From Convolutriloba macropyga (lineage: Eukaryota), in the NCBI RefSeq assembly GCF_964194025.1, contig NC_134474.1:20026001-20090000 (forward strand): a DNA stretch of 64,000 nucleotides. The letters run 5' to 3'. How positions within the stretch are numbered: the stretch's first letter is position 1; every line of letters begins with the position of its first letter. A program made the translations under genes and the position numbers. Below, piece by piece: positions 12,787 through 24,200 of this stretch. The notes beneath the pieces were generated by a model. That model was not told the DNA's origin. It did not search any database and was given only the letters and a program-made list of their open reading frames with translations.

Positions 12787-15397
12787 CAGGTGAAGCAGTC
12801 TCAGAGACCTTCTTAAACACCTGGGTCCTCAATGGTCTAACAACGAGGTGTGAAAGTTTTATTATACAGGAGAGCTTCAACCCGGCAAAGAACTTCACAG
12901 AGCTGAGGAAAAGGCTGCCAAACCTCCATGTGAGCACAGCATAGGAATACATGGGAAAAAGTGGTTCAGTGGCACTGGCAGTGAAGCCTGACTTCAAGAA
13001 GGGAGCCAAGAGAAGAAACTGCTTTGTGTGTGGGATATCTGGACACTTTGCCTAGGACTTCATGAGGAAGGAGACAACACAATGCAGCAAATGACAGGGC
13101 CTAAACAGGGCATGCAAATGACAAAGAGATAGAGGCAAATATGGGTCAGTGGCGATGGAACCAACATTGACTGCACCAGACGAAGTATACTGGGCAGCTG
13201 TTACCCTTTGGAAGATAGCAGGCATGCTAGAATCCAATGCGTATACAGATCACGTAGTGACAAATATCGAAAAATTCCTGGACTTTGTTTCCATTCAATC
13301 ATGGGTACAAAAAATGACGTAGAGGCTTCCAGAGTGGTGGTCAGACGCTGTGTTAGGATCAGCAAACCCTCAAACAAGGGGGAATTCCAATGCGATTTCA
13401 AGAATGTTTTGTGTGTGCCTGACTATACCTCATACCCCTATCAGTCTCAAGATGCACGGGGTGGGGATATAACTTCAATTTCAACAAAAGAAATAGCTGC
13501 ATGAAACTCCAGAATAGAACTCGATTAGGTAAAATTACACAAGAAAATAAATAGTTTTACTTACCCTGCAGCGTTCTAGAGTTCAAGATGAGTTCCAACA
13601 GCTTGAAACTTGACAATGCAAAGAAGTGTCACAGAGGATTGGGTCATTTGAATCAAGCAGATTTGGTCAGAAGTACAACAGAAACAGTGGTGGAACTCGA
13701 TTATTTATGCAATGTGTGCGCATTGGCCTAGATCACATAGGTTCCAGTACCAAGAGTGGCAGAGGAGCAAGCAGAAGCGCAGCTGGAGAGGGTGTCCCTA
13801 GACATAATGTTAGCTTTCAGAGTAGAGTCACTGTCAAGGTTCCGGTTCTACATTGTGTTTGCAAACCAGTACGGAAAGTTTGTGATTTTGGATTTGCTTA
13901 ACGCAAAAAGTTGAGCACTGAGGAAATTTCTTCTCCAGTTGGGGACGCCCAGGACGCTGAGGCAAGAAAATGCCCAGGAGTTTCTCTCAGAGCAGATCAA
14001 GATGTACTGCTTAGATGTAGGCACTCTACAGGATAAGACCATACCGAAGACGCCACAACAGAATGGGTTAGCTTAGAGGTGCGGCAGGACACTGCTGGAG
14101 ATGGCAAGGTGCTTGCTCTTGGACTCAAAACATCCCAAGTTGAAGTGGGCAGCAGGAATTCTTCACGCAACAAAGATCAAGAACTCGGTTGTGAGACCAG
14201 GAAAAGAAAAGTGGCCAGCAGTGCCGATAGGATGTATGAAACCTAAGCTTTCAATTTTTAAATAATCTATTTTTGGCTGCACAGTCGTCATGAGGAAGAA
14301 GGACAGAGACGTCAGCAAACTTGAACCAAAGCATTGGAAAGAAATTTTGTGTGTTGGACTGAAGGAGACAACGGATACCTGGCGTACGTACACAACTCAT
14401 TCAAAAGGGTGGTTGTTCGAGATGTGATCAACAAGGAGTCCAAATCCTTGACAACACAGAGACACCCAACCTACTAGATGAGAAGTCACAGCAACTGGGG
14501 ATCTGGCACCCAGATGATGGTCGTCCAGACGATAGCAAAAAAGGGAATTAACGCACAATTACTGCAATAAAGGAGAAGTGACATGACGCAGAGAGCGTGA
14601 ACACTGAGACGAGATGCCTCGGATGTGTAAGATGCAGCAATAGATGAAAAATGTACCGCAATAAGACAAGAGGGAGTCTCAGAGACTCAGAGTCACCGGA
14701 AAACAGTGACACAGTGGACCTCTAACAGTCAGAGTTAATCGGCTTCTTTGAAGAGGCACTGGAGCAAGCAGATTGGGCAGAGCAAAGAATGTTCCACAAT
14801 TTTTTGAAGAAGTTAGAACACATCTTGTTGTGACTGGGGGTGACTATGTGGAATTCAAAACAGTCTACGAAGCCACACCGTGATAATTGGTACAAGTGAC
14901 ACCGGGTAACGAAGGAAGAGGTCAAAGCACTCAAAGACAACGAAACTTGGAACCTATGAGACCGATAGGTAACCTAAGATACCGATACGGAGACGAAGCC
15001 AAGCACGGTAACAATTGGTACCAGAGGCACCGGGCAATGAAGGACCAGGTCCAGGCACTCCAAGACAACGCGATTCAGAAGTATGAGAAAGATACAAAAC
15101 CTAAGAGACTCAGAACCTATGAACTTATGATTTNNNNNNNNNNNNNNNNNNNNNNNNNNNNNNNNNNNNNNNNNNNNNNNNNNNNNNNNNNNNNNNNNNN
15201 NNNNNNNNNNNNNNNNNNNNNNNNNNNNNNNNNNNNNNNNNNNNNNNNNNNNNNNNNNNNNNNNNNNNNNNNNNNNNNNNNNNNNNNNNNNNNNNNNNNN
15301 NNNNNNNNNNNNNNNNNNNNNNNNNNNNNNNNNNNNNNNNNNNNNNNNNNNNNNNNNNNNNNNNNNNNNNNNNNNNNNNNNNNNNNNNNNNNNNNNN

Positions 15398-15416
15398 TAC
15401 ATTTATAAATATACAA

Positions 15417-15453
<37 letters not shown>

Positions 15454-15458
15454 TATAT
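15398..15458. repeat. (AT)n microsatellite beside an assembly gap
   Basis: An atatatat run directly follows the N-gap at 15134-15397. Confidence 0.9.
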
Positions 15459-15960
15459 GAACAGACAAGGACGTCATTTTGGTGAAATAGGTCTACAACA
15501 TGAAATTGGGACCCCTTAGTCAAGACAACAAATTAAAAGCAAGCTTTTCAAACTAGCGGATAGAGTTAACTTCTTTGAAATTTTTGAGCCTACCTGTAAG
15601 CCAGAGACATTGAGGGTTCTTTCAGAAAACCGGGCCATTTTGATGAACGAGCTTGATTTTTTGACGGTTTTTCTGCACTCTCCAATAGAGGAAGAACTGT
15701 ATCTAAAACAGCCAAAGTAGTTTGTTAAACAAGAATTAGATGGAGGGACGTTATTACGTCGACTAAGTAAATTGATTTATGGTTTGAAACAAGCTGCTTA
15801 AAACTGATATAAATAACTGGCAAATTTCTTACTGACACATCCGTTCAACAGAAGCAGGAATGATAATTGCTCTTCGCGAGAGCCGAGACAGATGGCCATA
15901 ACTTGATCTTGGTCTGGGTTGATGACATCACAGTAGCATCAAGAAGAATTACAGTGAACT

Positions 15961-18900
15961 CCGATGTCTAGAAAGCACTGGCGGCAACTTTTCACATAGA
16001 AGACGGAGGGAGAATACTTTGGTTTCTTGGTCTAAGAACCAAAAAAGGATAGGGCAAAGTCACAGTCGACCAAGAACGCTACACAGAGACAAAACTTGAG
16101 CGGTTTCAAATGGATCAATGGGAACCCTCAAGAACTCCAGCTGATTTGAATTTGAAAATACAGACAGCAGAGAACGGAGACGATGAAGTTGATCAAAAAA
16201 TCTACAGAAGCTTGGTTGGATCACTTCTGTATCTTGCCAAACAGACAAGGCGAGACATCATGATCACAGTCAACATTCTGTCCTGGCACTTGAAAGCACC
16301 TATCAATCAACACTGGCTATGTGGAAAACGACTCTTGTGACATCTTCAAACTTCAAAAACTTATTCACACAAAAAAGCTAGCTGTGATTTAGTGGAGGAA
16401 AGTGATGCGGACTGGTCTAGTGATGTGAACAACAGAAGATCAACGACAGGCTAAAACTTCAAGCTCAATGGACGTGGCGCAGCACTCAAATGGGGTTCCA
16501 GGAAGCAGGCTGCAGTGGTTCTTTCTTCATTAGAAGCAGAATATGGCAGCAGCAAGTAAAGAGACACTGTATCTGAAATAACTTTTCGAGGATTTTGGCA
16601 TCCCCTAGTAATATATAATAGCAATTGGAGAGGACAACCAGAGTTGTATCAAATTGTGTCCAAACCGAGTCATGCTCAATAGGAGAAAACATATTGAGAC
16701 AGAATTTAACTTCATTAGGGACAAGGCAGAGGATGGGACTATTTCAATTCTTTACGTTCCTAGAATCAAAATGGCAGTCGACATCTTTAAGAAATCCTAC
16801 CCATATCGAAAGTGGAAACTTTCAGAACAGTTTCGATGGGAACAGACTCTAGGCAAAGAATTCAAGTTTGAAGGAGGGTGTTGCAAATTCGATCAAACTA
16901 TCGTCTTGAACCTAATTAGATTTATTAGAAAGAAGAAAGTTTAACTTACTAGATTACAAAGACATTGTCGAATCTGATTCTAATCCTAAAATTTATATAA
17001 GTGAATGGTCAATTAGTGGTGCTTAGAAACGGTTTAAACTGGTAAATCTAGAAAACTACTACTAGAGTGAGATTAATTGATGTCAAATATTCGCAGCACG
17101 TATTGATTGATTATGATACCACCGGAAACAAGATCGAATTCTTTGAAAAGTGTAAATGCATACTATTTATGGTATCACTTGGGACTGATTTCGTGCCTGG
17201 AAACTTGAAGAAGCAAACCAAATTAGGTAACGCTGGCGACCCCCACTGTAAACCACGGTGCTGAGATTAGTTTGTATCTTGACTTTCTCGCATTAATAAT
17301 GGGTATATTTTCAGCTGATTTTTGAGTCTTTTTTCATACCCAATATCATATCACCATCTTGATCTAATAATCACATCTCTCCTGTAAATCTCTAGATTCT
17401 ATTGAAAAGTATCATTTTTTTTATTCTCTCATTTAGAGAAATTAATGTTTCTATTTTGTTAAAATCCATAACGAAACAGAGTCAAAAATTTCTCTTACCT
17501 GCAAAAAAATATTACGGTGTTGAAAGCAGTGAAGTATTTTTATACGCAATTTTTTATCTGCAAAATATCGGATTTCTAGCGAGGCGGTTTGAAGTTTCAA
17601 AACTGACGGAGAAAATGAAGGGCCTTATAACATCAACAAAAAACGTATTCCTAGCTTCAGAAACAAGCAAAAAAGCAAGACATTCAGCTTAATAATGACG
17701 TTATTTTAAGTCTCGCGCCAAAAAGCATTAGCGAAGTCCAACAAATATTTCTGTACGCTCAGTGCTTTATAGTCAGATTATCTGCAGTTTTTTGGATAAA
17801 ATTAACATCAATAATAGCAATGCGTATACGTTTTGTGTTTAAGTAACTGGTTTGAGCGGGTCACATCAATCATAATTCACGGCTGGTAAATTGTTGACTC
17901 AGTTTAATGAGATTAAAAATTTTTTCATATCTTATCTTTTGCGAAAATAAAATTAACTTATTTGCAAATAAGTTGCAGGAAAAGTACTTCCAACTATATG
18001 TTACTTTATGTCACGTCCGTGCAATTCAACAAACTGTAATATTACTTTCATGTGCTGTAAATGTTGTTGTTGTCAACAGAAAAGTCTTTTCTCGGAAATA
18101 ATATCGACTCCGGATTTTTCATTTGTCAGGGTTTGAGACACTGCTTCTGAGTAATCCGATGTCTAGAAAGCACTGGCGGCAACTTTTCACATAGAAGACG
18201 GAGGGAGAATACTTTAGTTTCTTGGTCTAAGAACCAAAAAAGGATAGGGCAAAGTCACAGTCGACCAAGAACGCTACACAGAGACAAAACTTGAGCGGTT
18301 TCAAATGGATCAATGGGAACCCTCAAGAACTCCAGCTGATTTGAATTTGAAAATACAGACAGCAGAGAACGGAGACGATGAAGTTGATCAAAAAATCTAC
18401 AGAAGCTTGGTTGGATCACTTCTGTATCTTGCCAAACAGACAAGGCGAGACATCATGATCACAGTCAACATTCTGTCCTGGCACTTGAAAGCACCTATCA
18501 ATCAACACTGGCTATGTGGAAAACGACTCTTGTGACATCTTCAAACTTCAAAAACTTATTCACACAAAAAAGCTAGCTGTGATTTAGTGGAGGAAAGTGA
18601 TGCGGACTGGTCTAGTGATGTGAACAACAGAAGATCAACGACAGGCTAAAACTTCAAGCTCAATGGACGTGGCGCAGCACTCAAATGGGGTGCCAGGAAG
18701 CAGGCTGCAGTGGTTCTTTCTTCATTAGAAGCAGAATATGGCAGCAGCAAGTAAAGAGACACTGTATCTGAAATAACTTTTCGAGGATTTTGGCATCCCC
18801 TAGTAATATATAATAGCAATTGGAGAGGACAACCAGAGTTGTATCAAATTGTGTCCAAACCGAGTCATGCTCAATAGGAGAAAACATATTGAGACAGAAT

Positions 18901-20348
18901 TTAACTTCATTAGGGACAAGGCAGAGGATGGGACTATTTCAATTCTTTACGTTCCTAGAATCAAAATGGCAGTCGACATCTTTAAGAAATCCTACCCATA
19001 TCGAAAGTGGAAACTTTCAGAACAATTTCGATGGGAGGAGACTCTACGCAAAGAATTCAAGTTTGAAGGAGGGTGTTGCAAATTCGATCAAACTATCGTC
19101 TTGAACATAATTAGATTTATTAGAAAGAAGAAAGTTTAACTTACTAGATTACAAAGACATGATCGAATTTGATTCTAGTCCTAAAATTTATATAAATGAA
19201 TGGTCAATTAGTGGTGCTTAGAAACGGTTTAAACTGGTAAATCTAGAAAACTACTACTAGAGTGAGATTAATTGATGTCAATTATTCGCAGCACGTATTG
19301 ATTGATTATGATACCACCGGAAACAAGAACGAATTCTTTGAAAAGTGTAAATGCATACTATTTATGGTATCACTTGGGACTGATTTCGTGCCTGGAAACT
19401 TGAAGAAGCAAACCAAATTAGGTAACCCTGGCGACCCCCACTGTAAACCACGGTGCTGAGATTAGTTTGTATCTTGACTTTCTCGCACTAATAATGGGTA
19501 TATATTCAGCTGATTTTTGAGTCTTTTTTCATACCCAATATCATATCACCATCTTGATCTAATAATCACATCTCTCCTGTAAATCTCTAAATTCTATTGA
19601 AAAGTATCATTTTTTTATTCTCTCATTTTGAGAAATTAATGTTTCTATTTTGTTAAAATCCATAACGAAACAGAGTCAAAAATTTCTCTTACCTGCAAAA
19701 AAGTATTACGGTGTTGAAAGCAGTGAAGTATTTTTATACGCAATTTTTTATCTGCCAAATATCGGATTTCTAGCGAGGCGGTTTGAAGTTTCAAAACTGA
19801 CGGAGAAAATGAAGGGCCTTATAACGTCAACAAAAAACGTATTCCTAGCTTCAGAAACAAGCAAAAAAGCGAGACATTCAGCTTAATAATGACGTTATTT
19901 TAAGTCTCGCGCCAAAAAGCATTAGCGAAGTCCAACAAATATTTCTGTACGCTCAGTGCTTTATAGTCAGATTATCTGCAGTTTTTGGATAAAATTAACA
20001 TCAATAATAGCAATGCGTATACGTTTTGTGTTTAAGTAACTGGTTTGAGCGGGTCACATCAATCATAATTCACGGCTGGTAATTTGTTGACTCAGTTTAA
20101 TGAGATTAAAAATTTCGTCATATCTTATCTTTTGCGAAAATAAAATTAACTTATTTGCAAATAAGTTGCAGGAAAAGTACTTCCAACTATATGTTACTTT
20201 ATGTCACGTCCGTGCAATTCAGCAAACTGTAATATTACTTTCATGTGCTGTAATTGTTGTTGTTGTCAACAGAAAAGTCTTTTCTCGGAAATAATATCGA
20301 CTCCGGATTTTTCATTTGTCAGGGTTTGAGACACTGCTTCTGAGTAAT
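15961..20348 (+). repeat. Direct tandem duplication, period about 2195 bp (Copia RT end/RNase H + 3' LTR + about 680 bp flank)
   Basis: Copies 15961-18155 and 18156-20348 both start ccgatgtctagaaagcactgg and end gcttctgagtaat. Identical ORFs appear in the track (16110/18305, 16060/18255), with only scattered SNPs elsewhere. Confidence 0.95.
16879..17473 (+). repeat. Copia 3' LTR (about 595 bp); duplicate starts at about 19074
   Basis: It begins TGTTG after the polypurine tract and is collinear with, but clearly diverged from, the 5' LTR at 10117-10708. Shared blocks include tagagtgagatt, gcacgtattga and tgtatcttgactttctcgca. Confidence 0.85.
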
Positions 20349-21107
20349 TTGTGTTTAGATAATTGTAGACAAAATAATCCCGGGATCAAAACCATCAATT
20401 TTGATTAATTGAAAAGAAAAAGTGAAAAATTTACAAACGTGCTCTTCCTTTTTAGTATGATCAGCCTCACACTCAGATTTTGGCGAACTCAAAATCCATC
20501 AAGATCAGAATCTGAACAGCTCTTTTTCAATTATAACTAGAACTTATTAACTTGTTTAAAGCCAGAATTGGTCAGATCTGAGCTGGCTTTCGGAGCTTTT
20601 CATTGAGTCATTTTGCCAGTAGTTTCAAGCATAACACAACCCCGTGGGCGTTTAATCTAGCCTGATCATCGTTATACGTGATTGTTGATTAAATTTAATC
20701 TGTTCAAATTATCCTAATGCAAAACAATCACGCTGTTCAAAATGAGCATAACTAGATTAATAGAGCGGAATTCTGGACCATTGTGTAATTATGAGCGCAC
20801 TTCATGCGCTGAACGTTTAATTTTGAGGTCATTTAAATTGTTTCATAATGAGTGATTTTGAAAAATCTTCTCTATCTCGTTAGCTACCTATAAATGGTAG
20901 CATTATTCGCATTAACAAATTACTATGTGATCAAATTACACAAATGTTCTGCGGATTCGAACTTCTGAAATTGGAAAAGGAAAACAGTTTCAAAATTTAA
21001 TTTAGGAAAGAGTTTCAAAGTTGGGTTGAAAAAAGGGAAGCATGTTAAATTAAATTGTGGAAATTCATCATTCGTAAATAGCATTGAAATTTAAACTTTG
21101 ATGTTTC

Positions 21108-21251
21108 TCATTTGGCGGCTGGTTTGCCTTTCTTAGAGCTAGCGGGCTCCCTTTTGACCCCGAATGTAGCAAACACTCCAATTCTGAACGACTCACTGGC
21201 CAGGAAGTAGAGAAAGAAGTTCATTGCATTGTTCAGAGCCACTGGCAATTC
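21108..21251 (-). CDS. GPCR exon 6 (TM7, helix 8, C-tail, stop)
   Basis: atcgtttag|ELPVALNNAMNFFLYFLASESFRIGVFATFGVKREPASSKKGKPAAK-TGA. Confidence 0.92.
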   Translation of the reverse strand, partial: ELPVALNNAMNFFLYFLASESFRIGVFATFGVKREPASSKKGKPAAK

Positions 21252-24200
21252 CTAAACGATAAATAGGAATATGCACCAGTATAGGTCGAATGGATGATTT
21301 GACTTGCTCTTCTAGTACGTTACGGCGCTCTAGTAGCATTACTCGGGATAAACATTCTTGGAAATCATACAGTGAACATTAATGGTTTCAAATACAAAAT
21401 CTCTTAGTATTATCTTGCAATGAGTAAGAATAATATATGACCTTCTCATGGTTAGTAAGACAAAAATGAGAATCAAAAATCCAAATTCTCTTCTTTATAA
21501 AGTTTTTCTTTATACTTGGTGCTTCAATTGCAGTACAAATGGAAAGCTAAACAGCTCTTACAAGAATTAGTTTTCCTCAAGGCCAAGAGTTTACAAGAAC
21601 TGCTATATTGTGATGTAAAGTGCAAAAATTTTTCTTTAAGTTTAGCTTTTTGCTATTGGCCATTTAATACTGGTACACAATCATGTTCTATATAAATCAG
21701 AAAAACTAATCTGTGCAGACGCAATTATGTGGTTGGGATTGAGCTTATTTAAAACAAAAAAGGAGTTTCTCTGAATTTATTATTTTTCAGAAAACTTCCC
21801 CGCTTGCCTGAGACAAAAATAGATTCTGAGGTGTCTCACTACATTATTTAGAAAATAGTGAAAATCTGTACACGTAAATTTTCTATATATGACTGCTAAG
21901 AAGCGAAATTTTCATTTTTGTTATTTTAAGCCCAAAAAAGTGTTTTGACAGTTTTTATGTTCCTGCTATATTTTCTACGATGCTTTTGTGTTTAAGAACC
22001 ATTTATGATCTTAGAAATTTTCTCTAAAATTCCATAAACCTTATATCTCTTGTGCCATAAACCCTATAAGCATCATAATTATTAAGATTGTTAAAGGTGT
22101 CCAACTCGGATAGCAATATAGCAAATGCATTTTGGGGTGTGCCAAAAAATGCACCCAATATACTGGTGGGGGCAACGGGAAAAGTGCTTTTCATGAATTA
22201 AATTCATAATTAAAAATTTGTTTTGAAACAGGCACATGGTCCAGACAAAAAATAGGAAAGATTCAGATTATGCGAAACAGTTGGCAAAATATTATTTTTA
22301 CTATTGTTTTACTGAACAGATCATTTTCTGTTTTTGAAATGTCGAAACAAATAATTTTTCGAGTGGTATCAAAATAAAATCATTTTCACAATAGAAATTA
22401 GATCACATTGAATCCTTTTAATGTTGAATTTTATTCAAAAAAAATGAGTTGGTGATAAGAAAATCAATATTACTTCGCTGCAACACCAGTGATTCTTGAA
22501 TTCCCATCGTGTAAGGTTCGACAAATTTGTGGCCAAGTTGCACTACCAGCGCTTAGAAGATTATGCACTGCCTGGCTACGTCTTTGTAAGACACGTAATG
22601 GTCAAGTGAACGATGGAACATTTTTGCAAGCTCTTACACAAAAACAGTTCAAACTTATCAGATATTACATAACAAAATATCAAACTTGTCAAACGTTGTA
22701 CGATAAGATTTTAGGAACCGTTGGGAGAGTAGTTTTGTTTCATCGAGTCGACACACTGTTTGTCAACTGTTCACAGATGTTTGGGAATATCGAATACTAA
22801 CCTTTGATATCTTTAGCAAGAACTCTGTCGAGAAGTCAGTAACGTATCGTCCAGTAGTCAAAATGAGAGAGATAGATCCGAGCAGCATGTTGACAGTGAA
22901 GAAAGCAGCCAACAATACCAGAGACAGAGTGATTTCGCGCTCTTTCTTTCTGCTAGAAGTATTGGCCGCAGCTACATATCATACGGAACTGTTTCCCAAT
23001 CAACCAGGAAACTTTTGCCCGCCTACTTTTTTCAAATACTTGTCAAAATGCCAATTTTTGCAAAGTCAGGAATTTTTGAGGTTTTTGTTTGCCGCTTGAT
23101 ACTCAAATTTTACGATGTGAATGACACAATGGTAGTCATCGATACCGCCAAAAATGAAGAGATCAAAAACTTATTCTACCAACCAATCAACATACCAAGC
23201 TTGCAATAACTCTTGCTATAAAATCTAGCTTTCCACAGAATTTTGCAGCTCTAAATTTGATCTGTAGTTAGTGTACAAACAAAAAAATCATTCAAATTTG
23301 TTTTTTGTTTTTCCAAAAAGAGATCCCTTTTGACAGAGAATAGACCTTTGGTTAACTTCAGTTCATTTTTAGTAAAATATAATTTTATGAGCAGATTCCA
23401 TAAAAATCGGAAAAATCAGTCTGTTTGAGATTTTAAGGCATTTTATGTCAAGCTGCGAGGCTAAGAATTTAGAGCACCCACTGTATAAATGGAAAAACAA
23501 TGGGCGACAAAAAGTGCCTAGTGCAAGGAAGTTTTGAAAAGTTTTGCTCAAAAGTTATAAAGGTTTGTAGAAATGGACTTAAAAAGTAAACCAATCGTTT
23601 CAAAACTAATTTTGAAGAACTAGCTTGCTAAAAAAGTTTCGCTAAAAAATTATGCATTTACTGTACTAAACTGGATTTGATTTTTCTAAAAGTGTTCATG
23701 CTCAAAAACTAAGGTCTGTTCAATATAACCAAAATTCAAGAAAACTCAATTCTCTGAGTAACCTCAAAACTGAATTTCGAAAAATGGAAAGTTAAATTTG
23801 CAACTCAGGTGTTTATCTCTTTCTGAAACAAAAACCTAACAATTCTGAAGTTTGCATTAGTAAAATTTATGTTGGTTCTACCCAATACATGTCACTAACA
23901 TGAAAATGTAATTGAAAGTTATATATCTAGTTTCATTCTATTGGGAATACTTTTTCTGTAAACTGATTGTTATATTGTAGGCTATTGAAACTTACAAAAA
24001 CTTGAAATGTTCTCCGTTTAATGAATAATAACTACGAACAACAAAAGAGAAAATGATTTTCCATAATTCTTAAGGTTTTAGCAGTTTGCTTCAGAAAACT
24101 GTAAACTAATTTTTCGCTATAGTTTAGATAATTTTTAACTGAAGTTTTTAAAATCAGTAGTGCATTTTCCTATTTTTATTGGGTTTTGTTAACTTTTCTT

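Larger units (their letters stand above)
10117..17473 (+). mobile_element. Decayed Ty1/Copia LTR retrotransposon (LTR-PBS-gag-IN-RT-RNaseH-PPT-LTR), possibly chimeric
   Basis: The 5' LTR at about 10117-10708 (second copy about 11556-12146) ends in CAACA. Motifs: zinc knuckle NCFVCGISGHFA (about 13017), GAG-pre-integrase LGHLN (about 13640), integrase PQQNGLA (about 14053), RT VWVDDI (about 15912), RNase H ADWS..RRSTTG and EDNQSCI..RKHIE (16405-16700). The PPT GAAGGAGGG precedes the 3' LTR TGTTG at 16879. The IN-RT-RH order is diagnostic of Copia. All frames are interrupted. Confidence 0.92.

Noticed and set aside
14887-15416. Long ORFs spanning N-runs (also 24189-24608 and 52002-52524)
   Set aside because: These are artefacts of translating assembly gaps.
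17402-20294. Duplicated ORFs of 64-96 aa in the Copia LTR and flank, and the many 60-110-aa F/L/K/I-rich ORFs across the window
   Set aside because: They show low-complexity AT-driven composition, often have non-ATG starts and lack motifs. They recur only because the DNA is duplicated.
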